A DNA stretch of 64,000 bases from Candidatus Bathyarchaeota archaeon (GTDB lineage: Archaea > Thermoproteota > Bathyarchaeia > Bathyarchaeales > Bathycorpusculaceae), in contig CAWFFH010000005.1 in assembly GCA_963815095.1 (NCBI GenBank), positions 64,001 to 128,000 on the forward strand, written 5' to 3'. Below the pieces are notes generated by a model that had not been told where the DNA came from, ran no database searches, and worked only from the letters and a program-made list of their open reading frames with translations. A program made the translations under genes and the position numbers. Below, piece after piece: positions 28,671-39,122 of the stretch; positions within the stretch are counted from its first letter, which is position 1; each line of letters begins with the position of its first letter.

Positions 28671-31127
28671 TTACTTTCGCTTTAGCATATTCTCAAGAAT
28701 TGGCTTGAGTTTGGCGTTTTCGGCTTGAATCTTTTCCTTGCCCAGTGCTTTCATGTCAGCGTCGATTTCTTTTATGACTTCAGCGTAGTGTATGCCTTCT
28801 GCGGCTGAAACGTATTCAACTCGGAACCGCTCGGGGCTCATGCCAAGTTTGGTAAGCATGCCTTTGAGGGCGTCAGTTCGAGCTTTCATCTTGTAGTTTC
28901 CGCTGATATAGTGGCAGTCGTAGGGTAAGTGACATGCGCCAACGAGAACCATGCCTGCGCCAAGTCTAAGTGCTTCAAGAACGAATTCTCGGGCAACTCT
29001 GCCACTGCACATGACACGGATAGCACGAACACTAGCTGGGTAATCGCAGCGGCTGATGCCAGCGAGGTCTGCGCCTGCGTAACTACACCAGTTGCAGAGG
29101 ATAGCTAAGATTTTTTCTTCTGGATTCTCGGCAAGTGCGGCTCGAACTTGGGCCATGATTTGTGCGTCTGTAAAGTGCATTTGTGTGATGGCGTGTTGTG
29201 GGCATTCGGCAACGCATGTTCCGCAGCCGTGACAGCTTGCAGTGATTATGTTGGCGGGTTGGCCTTTTTCTTGTCTGATGGCGCCGTATGGGCATTTGTC
29301 AACGCAGAGACCGCATTTTTTGCATTTTTCTTCGTCAACGATGGAGATTATGGGTTCAATTTTCCATTTTGGTTTGCTAATAACTGTTGCTGCTCTTGCT
29401 GCTGCGCCGCTTCCTTGGGAAACACTGGCGGGAATATCCTTTAGGCCTACGCATGCACCCGCATAGAACACTCCATCGGTGGGTGCATCCATGGGTTTAA
29501 GTTTGGGGTGTGCCTCCATGAAGAAACCGTCTGATCCACGTGAGAGGTTGAGTATGCGTGCAACTTCTTCTGAGCCTTTTTTGGGTATCGCGGCAGTTGC
29601 AAGTACAACCATATCGGCATCGACTTCGATGGGTTGTCCAAGGATTGAATCTTCTGAGTGAACAATTAAGTTGTGGGTTTTTGGATCTTCATCTATGCGG
29701 CTTACGCGTCCACGGATGAAGATTACTCCTCGTTCCCGTGCGCGGTCGTAAAATTCCTCGTAGCCCTTGCCTGGGCTGCGAATGTCCATGTAGAAAACGT
29801 AGACTTCGATATCTTCCTTGTACTTCTCTTTGAGCTGGACAACATGTTTGAGTGTGTACATGCAACCGAAATTGCAGCAGTATGGGTAATGACTCTTGTC
29901 TCGGCTGCCGACGCATTGGATGAAAGCGATTTTGTGGGGTTTTTGGCCGTCGGATTGGCGGATCACTTTGCCGCCTGTGGGACCAGCTGCGAGAATTAAT
30001 CGTTCGAACTCCATGCTCGTGATGACGTTGGGGTATTTCCCATAGCCAAGCAATGGCATGTCGTAAGGCAGGTAAACGTCAAAACCTGTTGAAACAATAA
30101 TTGCGCCAACATCAAATTCGACTTCTTCAGGCTTCTGGTTGAAATCGATGGCTTGGCGTTCACCGCAAACCTCAGTGCATTTGAAGCATTCAATGCAGTA
30201 GTCTCGGTTGATAGAGTAAATTAACGGCACCGTCTGGTCGAATGGCACGGAAATTGCTTTGCGGGTACCCAAGTTCATATCCCACTCATTTGGGTATTCA
30301 ATTGGGCAAGCTTCTTTGCATTCGCCACAACCAGTGCATTTTTCTGAGATGACGTAACGTGCATTTTTTCGGATTTTTACTTTAAAGTTGCCAATGTAAC
30401 CGTCCACTTTGACAAGTTCAGAGTTTGCAAAGATGGTGATGTTTGGATGGCGTGCGCAGTCGACCATTTTTGGTCCTTCAATGCAGATGCTGCAGTCCAA
30501 GGTTGGGAAGGTTTTGTCGAGTGCAGCCATGTGACCCCCTATGCTCTGGGTGTTCTCTAACATGTAGACTTTGTAGCCCATTTCTGCTAAGTCTAAAGCT
30601 GCATTCATGCCTGCGATTCCGCCGCCGATGATGAGCGCCTTGTTGGTTACTGGGACTTCGATGGTTTGTAACGGCTGCATAAGACGCACTTTTGCGACTG
30701 CCATTCGTACAGAGTCTTTGGCGCGTTCTGTTGCGGCTTTGGGGTCACTTTGGTGGCACCAGGACGCGAATTCGCGGATGTTTGCCATTTCGTAGAGGAA
30801 TGGGTTTAAGCCTGCTTCAGAAACAGTGCGGCGGAAGGTGGGTTCGTGCATTCTAGGTGAGCATGCGGCGATGACTACGCGGTTTAGGTTTTGTTCTTTG
30901 ATGGCTTTGCGGATTTCTGCTTGTCCCGGGTCTGCACATGTGTAGCGGTTCTCTTTAACAAAAACAACGTCTGGAATAGATCGAGCGTATTCAGCGATCG
31001 CTTTAACATCTACGGTTCCTGCGATGTTGAGTCCGCAGTGGCAGACGAAAACGCCGACTCGTAACTCTTCTGGTTTGCAAGCAACGCATGTTTCTGGTTG
31101 TTTTGGGGATGTTTCTGTGTTACTCAT
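28671..31127 (-). CDS. hdrA: Heterodisulfide reductase subunit A fused to a C-terminal MvhD/FlpD domain
   Basis: CHCG.NI, ACSPRMHE, GGGIAG, LDKTFPTLDC, IQCVGSRD, HPKLKP; inserted and C-terminal ferredoxins; MvhD motifs CNWCSYAGAD, RVMCSGR, CHY. Confidence 0.95.
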   Translation of the reverse strand: MSNTETSPKQPETCVACKPEELRVGVFVCHCGLNIAGTVDVKAIAEYARSIPDVVFVKENRYTCADPGQAEIRKAIKEQNLNRVVIAACSPRMHEPTFRRTVSEAGLNPFLYEMANIREFASWCHQSDPKAATERAKDSVRMAVAKVRLMQPLQTIEVPVTNKALIIGGGIAGMNAALDLAEMGYKVYMLENTQSIGGHMAALDKTFPTLDCSICIEGPKMVDCARHPNITIFANSELVKVDGYIGNFKVKIRKNARYVISEKCTGCGECKEACPIEYPNEWDMNLGTRKAISVPFDQTVPLIYSINRDYCIECFKCTEVCGERQAIDFNQKPEEVEFDVGAIIVSTGFDVYLPYDMPLLGYGKYPNVITSMEFERLILAAGPTGGKVIRQSDGQKPHKIAFIQCVGSRDKSHYPYCCNFGCMYTLKHVVQLKEKYKEDIEVYVFYMDIRSPGKGYEEFYDRARERGVIFIRGRVSRIDEDPKTHNLIVHSEDSILGQPIEVDADMVVLATAAIPKKGSEEVARILNLSRGSDGFFMEAHPKLKPMDAPTDGVFYAGACVGLKDIPASVSQGSGAAARAATVISKPKWKIEPIISIVDEEKCKKCGLCVDKCPYGAIRQEKGQPANIITASCHGCGTCVAECPQHAITQMHFTDAQIMAQVRAALAENPEEKILAILCNWCSYAGADLAGISRCDYPASVRAIRVMCSGRVAREFVLEALRLGAGMVLVGACHLPYDCHYISGNYKMKARTDALKGMLTKLGMSPERFRVEYVSAAEGIHYAEVIKEIDADMKALGKEKIQAENAKLKPILENMLKRK

Positions 31128-32071
31128 TTGAATTCCTCCGTTTTGAGTCCTTCCGAAATAAAGCGTTTCTCAACGACTTTGCGTCTATTCTCGGCTGCTT
31201 GAGATTTTAGTTCCTTAGTGGCATCAGCTTGGCTGGTTATTCGCTCTAAGGATTTATTCCATGTACCCGAATGGATAGGTGTATGAAGAACTTTGGTGCG
31301 TTTAACACACAACGCCTCTTCTGTTGGGCAAACGTTCTTGCAAGCACCACAGTAAGTACATAACGATTCATTAACGTAGACCCTCTTATCTTCCCCCAGA
31401 ACAAGTGCTCCTGGAATAGGACAAACGTCAAGGCAATCTGCACAGCCTACAGGACATTTTTCTTGGGTTATACTGATTTTTCCTTCAAAGGTTTTTTTGA
31501 CTTTTAATGCACCCTGCTTGCATTTTACTTCACATAATTTGCAGGTTGGGCAGTAATCTTTTTGGATATTGAGTGTAAGTTGAACTCGTTTTTTCTCGTT
31601 GGGCGAGAGAGCCGCTATATTTTCGACTGGTTTGCCGTCGAAGCCCACTTTGCAGATTTTTATGAGCTTTAGTGGACAAGCGTTTTCGCATTCGACGCAT
31701 TCTTTCTCGCATTTGTGTGTGTCTACTGCGATTTCTTTGACGAGTTGGGGGTAGCTATCTTTTTCCAAGATGGGTAGGTCATGAGCATCGTTGAGAGTAA
31801 CTTTTATTGCTCCGTAGGGGCAGGTGACATCGCAGATTCCACAGAAATTGCATTTTGCCAAGTCAATGTCCACTTTGGCTTTCTTGGCTTTTTCCCCTGC
31901 AACTTTAGGTTGCTTAATGGTTTTTATGGCTTCTTTTGGGCAAGCCGCAGTGCATACTTGACAGCCGACACAGCGGTTCTTGTCTAGAGTTAACTTGTAA
32001 TTTTTAACTTGCAAAGCCCATTCTAACGTTAAAGCGTCTGCCGCATCTTTCTTTAGAGTTTTTAACGGCAT
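31124..32071 (-). CDS. Polyferredoxin with 6 predicted [4Fe-4S] clusters, FwdF-like
   Basis: Six CxxCxxCxxxC-type motifs; ATGA overlap with hdrA. Confidence 0.8.
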   Translation of the reverse strand: MPLKTLKKDAADALTLEWALQVKNYKLTLDKNRCVGCQVCTAACPKEAIKTIKQPKVAGEKAKKAKVDIDLAKCNFCGICDVTCPYGAIKVTLNDAHDLPILEKDSYPQLVKEIAVDTHKCEKECVECENACPLKLIKICKVGFDGKPVENIAALSPNEKKRVQLTLNIQKDYCPTCKLCEVKCKQGALKVKKTFEGKISITQEKCPVGCADCLDVCPIPGALVLGEDKRVYVNESLCTYCGACKNVCPTEEALCVKRTKVLHTPIHSGTWNKSLERITSQADATKELKSQAAENRRKVVEKRFISEGLKTEEFK

Positions 32072-32329
32072 ATTTTATCCCCAGAGATATTCATAATCGT
32101 GGAATAATTAGTCTACGTTGATTAGCTTTATTAGAATGTTGAATAAAGTGCTTTTGATATAAATATTGCTTGGAAAAACTCAACTTCCCCCATAAAAAAC
32201 CATTAAACTCTAAACCAAACGGCAAGTAACTAGTTCTCCAAATTAATTGGCGGTTACGAGAATACTGCAAACAACTTCTTAGGGTTGAGAAAACAAAAAA
32301 TAGAATACTTGTCTAAAAAGAGCCAGACA

Positions 32330-32437
32330 TTACTTTTTGCCAGCTTTCCTAGCGCAAGCATCACTACAATACTTCGACTTAGCATCAAACGTGGTGTATT
32401 TCTTTTTACAGATTGGACATTTCTTTTCCAAATTCAA
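32330..32437 (-). CDS. Micro-protein, basic C4 zinc finger (about 33-35 aa)
   Basis: KKCPICKKKY..KYCSDAC; TTG starts at 32437 and 32431 after GGAG/GGGA. Confidence 0.55.
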   Translation of the reverse strand: MNLEKKCPICKKKYTTFDAKSKYCSDACARKAGKK

Positions 32438-32474
32438 TCCCACTCCACATATACGGCGAGCTAAGGTATAAGTT

Positions 32475-32738
32475 TTAAGGAACAGGCTCCTTAACGGGCG
32501 ACTTGGGCGTAAACGACAAATCCACACCCAACTTCAAACCAAACTTACCGCCCACCGAACCCACAGAAAAATTAAAACCCTCCACATCAACAGCCAAACG
32601 CTGCCCACCCAACGATGTCTCCTTAATGCTATCGACAAAATCGCGAACTTTATTGATTATCTCATTAACATCCACATTCACACTCGCAATCTTCTCAACC
32701 TCAGGACTACGCACTTGAACCTCAACATTAACCATCAT
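32475..32738 (-). CDS. Small hypothetical protein
   Basis: GGAGG SD before GTG/ATG; helix followed by three beta strands. Confidence 0.6.
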   Translation of the reverse strand: MMVNVEVQVRSPEVEKIASVNVDVNEIINKVRDFVDSIKETSLGGQRLAVDVEGFNFSVGSVGGKFGLKLGVDLSFTPKSPVKEPVP

Positions 32739-32992
32739 CACTTTCCTCCAAAATCCCCACACAAAACTCACTCGCCAAACGCTTTAAACCTTGCGCGGCC
32801 CCAACGCAGAAGGCTATATTCTTTAAAAACTAATGCAAATGATATTGCGACCAAAAAAAGGGTGCCACTAACGGTGTGGATAAGGCAGTTCTGGAGTGTT
32901 ATTTGCTAATCGTTAACATCATGTTTCCGTTTCGTTTTGTTTAAATATTAGTACTATGACTATGATGTTGCAAAAAGAAGGAATATCTTAGA

Positions 32993-33433
32993 ATGGGTTC
33001 CAAGTCTCCAAGAGGCGAATTTGCCGCAAGGCAACTAGCAAAGAAACGGAAAAACTTCCGTTGGTCAGATCGTTACTTTAACCGACGCATGCTTAGACTC
33101 GACGAAAAAGTTGACCCTATGCAGGGTGCACCCCAAAGCAGGGGTATCGTTCTCGAGAAAGTAGGTGTCGAATCAAAACAACCCAACAGTGCCATCCGCA
33201 AATGCGTCCGCACACAACTCATCAAAAACGGCAGAACAATTACAGCGTTCTTGCCCGGTGACGGCGCTCTCAACGTAGTCGACGAACACGACGAAGTCGT
33301 TGTAGAAGGCATCGGCGGAACAAGAGGCGGCGCTATGGGAGACATTCCTGGAGTAAGATGGAAGGTCGTTATGGTTAACGGCGTAAGCCTAAATGAACTA
33401 GTTTACGGTCGAAAACAAAAACCAGCAAGGTAA
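32993..33433 (+). CDS. rps12: 30S ribosomal protein S12 (uS12)
   Basis: [31 protein letters not shown]. Confidence 0.98.
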   Translation: MGSKSPRGEFAARQLAKKRKNFRWSDRYFNRRMLRLDEKVDPMQGAPQSRGIVLEKVGVESKQPNSAIRKCVRTQLIKNGRTITAFLPGDGALNVVDEHDEVVVEGIGGTRGGAMGDIPGVRWKVVMVNGVSLNELVYGRKQKPAR

Positions 33434-33438
33434 ATTTT

Positions 33439-34032
33439 ATGTCAACAGTATCATCTGTAGCTCAACCACAAGAAATTAAGCTCTTCCAAAAATGGAGTTT
33501 CAAAGACATCGCAGTCGTAGACATCGGATTGCAAAGATACCTCAACCTAACCCCGATGGTTGCACCCCACAGCATGGGACGCCACGAACACCAACGCTTC
33601 CGCAAAGCCAAAGTAAACATCGTTGAACGCTTAATCAACGGCTTAATGCGATCAGGCAAAAACAGCGGCAAAAAAGCCAAAGCAACAAACATAGTTAAAG
33701 AAACATTCGAAATCATTTATCTACGCACAGGCAAAAACCCAATTGAAGTTCTCGTTAAAGCAGTCGAAAACGCTTCACCATGCGAAGACACCACACGTGT
33801 CAGCTACGGAGGAGTCGTCTACCACCTATCAGTAGACGTTGCACCACAACGCAGAATCGACCTTGCGATACGCCACATAACAACAGGTGCCCGTGCATCC
33901 TCAGCAAACAACCCACGCAGCATCCAAGAAACCCTCGCCGACGAACTCGTGCTCGCAGCCAACAAAGACATAAAAAGCGTCGCCATAGCCAAACGCAATG
34001 AAATCGAACGCGTCGCACAATCCAGCAGATAA
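33439..34032 (+). CDS. rps7: 30S ribosomal protein S7 (uS7)
   Basis: IVERLIN, NP.EVLV.AVEN, VDVAPQRR.DLA.R, E.ERVAQSSR. Confidence 0.98.
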   Translation: MSTVSSVAQPQEIKLFQKWSFKDIAVVDIGLQRYLNLTPMVAPHSMGRHEHQRFRKAKVNIVERLINGLMRSGKNSGKKAKATNIVKETFEIIYLRTGKNPIEVLVKAVENASPCEDTTRVSYGGVVYHLSVDVAPQRRIDLAIRHITTGARASSANNPRSIQETLADELVLAANKDIKSVAIAKRNEIERVAQSSR

Positions 34033-34043
34033 AAATCTGCCCT

Positions 34044-34080
34044 CTTCTGTTTTTACCTTTAATATATTATTTTTTCTTTA
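34044..34080 (+). terminator. Oligo-T archaeal terminator after rps7
   Basis: TCTTCTGTTTTTACCTTT...ATTTTTTCTTT directly after the stop codon. Confidence 0.5.
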
Positions 34081-34159
34081 ATAAAAAAACCCGCTTCTGG
34101 GCATAAATTGGAAAAAACCTTATAACCTATAAACGCCGCCTTCTTTTCAATAAACAATC

Positions 34160-35152
34160 ATGAAGAGAGATAAATTGAAAAAAATATTAGCAACTCTAAT
34201 TGTTTTTGCGTTAATCCTATCTTCGTTCTCCCTATTGAATTCTGCTCTAAACGTTAAAGCGCAAACTGTAGAAACTGCAGTCTTAAGTTACAACTGGTAC
34301 ATCGCCCCCGCCAACACCGTATTAGCTGAATATCAAGGTGACTTAGTCGTTGTGGGTGAAGTCCAAAACACGGGCACCACAGTTTTAGGCAGCATCTATG
34401 TTGTTGGCTCCGCTTATAATTCAACTGGGCAGATTATAGCTCAAAGCGAAGGCAGAGCTTTCGGAATAACGTTGGCGGTTGGAGCGAAAGCGCCTTTCTA
34501 CATGGATTTTGCACCAGAAACTAGCACCCCAAGCTTGGACCTATCTTGGGTACCCAACGTTACCAGTGTTACAGTTACCGTGTTAACTGCTCAGGAGCCA
34601 ACTAATACTGTTAGCACCGATGTGGTAGTTTCATCTGACACTCTTCATGGTATAGATAACGCAGGGGTCTACACGGTTACAGGCTCCGTGTTGAACGTGG
34701 GCTCTAATCCTGTCAGCGATGTCGTGCTCTACGGTACATTCTATAACTCAACAGGAGGAGTTATCGCCATAGGTTACATGGACTTGGGAACCTCACTACA
34801 ACCCTCCGGATCCACCACCTTCACAATGACACCGATGGATAACACTGCAGCACTCACGAGTCAAATCGCATCATTCAATGTTACTTCTCTAGGCGTTCCA
34901 GTTGCTGAGGCAACGTCTACGCCTATTCCTACAGCTGCACCAACAACACAGCCAACCTCTTCTCCAAGTAGCTCTCCAACCCCCACACAAAACTCTGGCA
35001 CAATGGGGTCTATCGCGACGTATGCAATAGTAATCGCGGTTGTAGTGATTATAGTATTGATTGTAGGTCTTATGTTTCTTAGAAGACGGGGAAGCAGTCA
35101 AAAGGTTGAAGCACAAACGTTACCGCAACCACCGCCTCCACCACCAGCCTAA
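34160..35152 (+). CDS. Surface protein with two FxLYD-like domains, a TM anchor and a polyproline cytoplasmic tail (paralog of 12192-13217)
   Basis: VVGEVQNTG, APFYM.F, GTFYNSTG.VIA.GY; TM, then RRRG, then QPPPPPPA. Confidence 0.8.
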   Translation: MKRDKLKKILATLIVFALILSSFSLLNSALNVKAQTVETAVLSYNWYIAPANTVLAEYQGDLVVVGEVQNTGTTVLGSIYVVGSAYNSTGQIIAQSEGRAFGITLAVGAKAPFYMDFAPETSTPSLDLSWVPNVTSVTVTVLTAQEPTNTVSTDVVVSSDTLHGIDNAGVYTVTGSVLNVGSNPVSDVVLYGTFYNSTGGVIAIGYMDLGTSLQPSGSTTFTMTPMDNTAALTSQIASFNVTSLGVPVAEATSTPIPTAAPTTQPTSSPSSSPTPTQNSGTMGSIATYAIVIAVVVIIVLIVGLMFLRRRGSSQKVEAQTLPQPPPPPPA

Positions 35153-35312
35153 AAGTTCTTTTCTTAATTTTTTTTCTAAAGTTTATCCATGTTAGAGTTA
35201 ACTTTAGGCGGGACAAGCAAAGGGGTTCCGCTTTATACAGCCCAACAAAACTCCAAAGAAAAATAGTTGCCTAAACTTCTAATAACATCAACCATCAGCA
35301 TACAGTCTAAGC

Positions 35313-36500
35313 TTACGCGATTTTCGCGTGAATCTCCACGATGTCGCCGTCGTCTAAAACAAAGTTCATGCCGACCTTTTTGGGGCTGAAGGGTAGCCGC
35401 TTGGCCCACACCATGGCAAACATGAAGTTCATAAGGAGTTCCTTGTGGATGTTCTTGGCTAATTCGTTGACGGTGGCGCCCTTCTTGAGTGCGAAGGGGC
35501 GGTCCGCATGCGCTTTTTTGCCTGGTTCTTTGGTGTAAATGCGAATAAGCCCCAATGAATCGAAGAGTGCTTTTCCCATTTCTTGAAGTCCAACTCTATT
35601 TTGTGCGGACATGGCAACGATGGGTAATTTGCCGTTGACGAATGCTTTTAGGTGGCGCAGGTTTGCTTGTGCGCCTTTCAAATCCAGTTTGTTAGCCACG
35701 ACGACAGCGGGTTTGTACATGGTTGTTTCGTAAATGGCGTTCTCCACATCTTCCAATGTGACTTCGCCGCTGATGTGCACGATAGCATCGTGGACTTTGT
35801 AGTCCCTTAGCAGTTGCTCCACCTGGCTCATAGTGCAGTAAAGCAGTTTGCCGACGAGGATAACTCGCAGTGCTGTGCCCGAATGGCGCCTGTCAATCTC
35901 CACTTTGCCGCTGGGCTTGTAGACTAATATTCGAGTTTTCTCCAGTTCCGCCAAAATTAAATCTAACTGCTCAACGGGGTCTCTGCCTAAATCTACCATT
36001 AAGATTACTCCGTCGGCGTTGCGGGCTAAGCCAAGTGTGACGTTGCCGCCTGCTTTTCCTTCTGCTGCTCCCTCCATTACTGCTGGTGCTTCCACAATCT
36101 GGAATTGTACATCCATGTAATTCATTATGCCGGGCATGGGTTCGTGTGTGCTAAATGGGGTAGGGGTTACGAGAACTTTTGAGTTTGTTACAGCGGTCAT
36201 GAGTGCGCTTTTGCCAACGTTGGTCATACCTACCAACGCTATCTGGGCTGAACCTTCCTTCTCGATGAAAAGTTTTGGTCCCCCGCTGCTCTTGCCAGTG
36301 CCTTGGCGCTTCTTTTTCTCCAAATCATCTCGGATAAGCGCAATTTTGCGGTTCATTTCACCGCGCAGTTTCATGGTACCTTTGTGATGCGGAACGCACT
36401 TTAGGAACTCTAGCATAGCATCCATTTTTTCTTTGGGCGTGTGGGCAGCTTCAACTAGCTCCCATTTATCCATCGCTTCAGGCGGCAAATTAGTCGGCAT
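35313..36500 (-). CDS. DRG/OBG-family GTPase with a TGS domain
   Basis: MPTNLPPEA, VPHHKGT, G.TNVGKS, NKLD, IRIYTK, TV..LAK.IH, LDDGD.VEIH. Confidence 0.9.
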   Translation of the reverse strand: MPTNLPPEAMDKWELVEAAHTPKEKMDAMLEFLKCVPHHKGTMKLRGEMNRKIALIRDDLEKKKRQGTGKSSGGPKLFIEKEGSAQIALVGMTNVGKSALMTAVTNSKVLVTPTPFSTHEPMPGIMNYMDVQFQIVEAPAVMEGAAEGKAGGNVTLGLARNADGVILMVDLGRDPVEQLDLILAELEKTRILVYKPSGKVEIDRRHSGTALRVILVGKLLYCTMSQVEQLLRDYKVHDAIVHISGEVTLEDVENAIYETTMYKPAVVVANKLDLKGAQANLRHLKAFVNGKLPIVAMSAQNRVGLQEMGKALFDSLGLIRIYTKEPGKKAHADRPFALKKGATVNELAKNIHKELLMNFMFAMVWAKRLPFSPKKVGMNFVLDDGDIVEIHAKIA

Positions 36501-36815
36501 GTAAACTACGCAAATACAATCTACCAGTCAACCATAAGACTATTTCTAAAATAAAACCCAAAAAATCAAAGCTCATACCCACAAAGAAGAAAGAACCGGC
36601 GCTTTTGATTACAATCAGGTTAAACTTTAGAATTGACTTGATTAGTTAATAGTACTACCTTAGAATGCATCTTACCGTTGATGGGTATGGTAAGCGTCTC
36701 AAAAGCAGCAGTCCTGCTCAAGCCTCAAGGTTGCGCTGATAAAATGAACGTTTGACCAATAAAATATGAGGTTTATTGCAAAGTTTTTTATGCACACTCA
36801 GCTCTCAATATTTAG

Positions 36816-38483
36816 TTGGGGATAAAGATAGTGCATTCTATCGATGTTACCCAGTCAAAGTCAAATAAGCAGACGACTCCATTAATTCCTTCTTCACCCC
36901 ACTCCTTTAAAAATAAAAAAGTCGATGATGCAAGCAAAGGGTTTCTTGAAGAATTAGGCATTAAGAGTGACGAGTTCAAAATTTTATTTGACAATCTTCC
37001 CCAAGCTGTTGCCCTATATAAGATGGTTTATGACCAAAAAGGCGAGCCAGTTGATTATATTCTCCTCAAAAGTAATTTGGCATACGACAAAATTCATTCT
37101 TTTAAAAGAGGAAAAATTGGACAGAAAGTATCGGAGTCTAATTCAAAAATAAACGGTGGCAAAATAGATTGGCTACATGTTTATGGTCGGCTAGCCAAGA
37201 CTTGTGTTCCAAAATATTTTGAATCCTACTCCAAACCCGCAGACAAGTGGTATCAAATCTATGTTTACAGCCCAAAGAAGACCTTTTTCGTTTCTGTTTT
37301 CACAGATATCACTAATCAAAAAAAGAGATCGGCACACGAACTCGAGGAACAAAAGAAATCCGAACAAGAACTAATGTTTTCAGAAAAAAAGTACCGTAGA
37401 CTCTACGAAACAACCCAAGATGGAATTATGGCCCGGGATCAGGCAGGAAGAATGATTGACTGCAATCTTGCCTACGCAAAGATGTTGGGTTACTCAAAAA
37501 AAGAATTAAGGAACCTGACAATTAAGCAGCTGTTACCTGAGAAATGGCTTGAACAAAGAGAAAAAATCGTGAAAAAAGTCCTGAAAACTGGGCACTCTTT
37601 GGTTTTTGAACGGGAATATAAACGAAAAGATGGCTCGGTTTTTCCGGCATCCGTTAGAACTTGGCGGCTAACTAACGGAAAGGGCAAAGTTGTGGGCATA
37701 TGGTCCATTGTTCGAGACATAACTGAGCAAAAAGAATTGCAGAGGAACCTTGAAAATCAGGCAGATTATCTCAAAAAAGTAATCGAAGACCGAACAAAAC
37801 AGCTTAAAGATTCAGAACGTCTAGTCGCCATTGGACAAACCGCTGGTATGGTTGGTCATGACCTTCGTAATCCACTGCAAACTGTAATCGGCGAATTATT
37901 CCTGGCGAAAAATGAAGTTACAATATTAGCGGATGGCGAAGTTAAAAGAAACCTGCAAGAGAGCATTCACGTAATAGAAGAGCAAGCAGTTTACATGGAT
38001 AAGATTGTTTCAGACTTACAAGCCTTCGTTCAACCCATAAAAATCGATAAGAAACCCTTTAGTCTAAAAGAACTGGTTTCAAGCGTTTTGTCATCAGTTG
38101 CCCTTCCAAGTAACATAGTGATGCAGACGCAAATCGACGTTCATTTTCCACAATTAAAAGGAGACCTCCAACTCCTTAAACGTGTTTTAATCAACTTGGT
38201 TACCAACGCGGTGCAAGCTATGCCCGATGGAGGCAAACTAACCATAACGGGACATGTCAATTTGGAAGAGCAAGCCGTCATTAGTGTGCAGGATACGGGC
38301 ATAGGAATACCCGAAGCAATCAAGAGACAAATTTTCACACCGCTCTTTACCACCAAGCCGCGTGGACAAGGTTTCGGGTTAGCGGTTTGCAAACGCGTTA
38401 TAGAAGCACACAGCGGTACCATCAACTTCGAAAGTACCGAGCGAAAAGGCGCCAAATTCACAATCCAGTTTCCAGCAAATTAA
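36816..38483 (+). CDS. Cytoplasmic PAS-PAS sensor histidine kinase
   Basis: Two PAS/PAC regions (DIT ends); H-box GHDLRNPL; N-box NLVTNA; DTG.G; FTTK..G.G.GL; no TM helix. Confidence 0.9.
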   Translation: MGIKIVHSIDVTQSKSNKQTTPLIPSSPHSFKNKKVDDASKGFLEELGIKSDEFKILFDNLPQAVALYKMVYDQKGEPVDYILLKSNLAYDKIHSFKRGKIGQKVSESNSKINGGKIDWLHVYGRLAKTCVPKYFESYSKPADKWYQIYVYSPKKTFFVSVFTDITNQKKRSAHELEEQKKSEQELMFSEKKYRRLYETTQDGIMARDQAGRMIDCNLAYAKMLGYSKKELRNLTIKQLLPEKWLEQREKIVKKVLKTGHSLVFEREYKRKDGSVFPASVRTWRLTNGKGKVVGIWSIVRDITEQKELQRNLENQADYLKKVIEDRTKQLKDSERLVAIGQTAGMVGHDLRNPLQTVIGELFLAKNEVTILADGEVKRNLQESIHVIEEQAVYMDKIVSDLQAFVQPIKIDKKPFSLKELVSSVLSSVALPSNIVMQTQIDVHFPQLKGDLQLLKRVLINLVTNAVQAMPDGGKLTITGHVNLEEQAVISVQDTGIGIPEAIKRQIFTPLFTTKPRGQGFGLAVCKRVIEAHSGTINFESTERKGAKFTIQFPAN

Positions 38484-38785
38484 GGCTTAATGCTTTCTTC
38501 ACATGTGGTGGTTCCTTTGAACTTTTGTCTTAGGCTGTAAGCAAATGCGATGAACCAGAAAGCCACAGTTGCCCATCCTAACGCAAAACCAACAGTGTTT
38601 CCAAGCAAGTAATACGCTATTTCGAAGCCAACGATGGAAACAAACGTCAAAAATGAACCTGAAATGCTGTAACCGCGTAGTACTTTTCTATTTTTGATAA
38701 CTGCCCGAAGCATCAAAAGCAGGGCGATGAAATTTATGATACTTGCCAAATCCAAAGCTAAATTGGCTAAACTTAATGTGTCCAT
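38480..38785 (-). CDS. Small three-TM protein, SemiSWEET/PQ-loop-like topology
   Basis: Three TM helices with a KNRKVLRGYS loop; the PQ motif itself is absent. Confidence 0.55.
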   Translation of the reverse strand: MDTLSLANLALDLASIINFIALLLMLRAVIKNRKVLRGYSISGSFLTFVSIVGFEIAYYLLGNTVGFALGWATVAFWFIAFAYSLRQKFKGTTTCEESIKP

Positions 38786-39122
38786 TTGTGTGTTTCCAAA
38801 AGCCAAAACGGTTTGCGGTAACTTAAGACTATCGCAGAACTCCAAAGCGGACACAAAATACCTTCTTCATAGTCATGCTGTACCTATTAACAAAGGACGG
38901 TGCGATGTCCACGAGCACCAAAAACCTGCATCAAACGCTTCAGCCTAGTTTCCCAGTATGCAAAAGTCTTTAGTCCAGAAGGAAAAGGCCTTAGTTGACG
39001 AAGCAAATCAAGTTAAACTAGGTTTTTCCTAATTTTCTCAATGCTTTTAACTTTTTGCAATTCTGGTAAAATAATATATAGGTTGAAAGTAAAATACTAC
39101 AACTTGTACGGGAGTGGGTTAA

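Noticed and set aside
28671-32071. Possible selenocysteine recoding in HdrA/MvhD, given a SelB-like gene in the window
   Set aside because: The ORFs are continuous with Cys at the relevant positions and no in-frame TGA; aSelBL is not the Sec-specific factor
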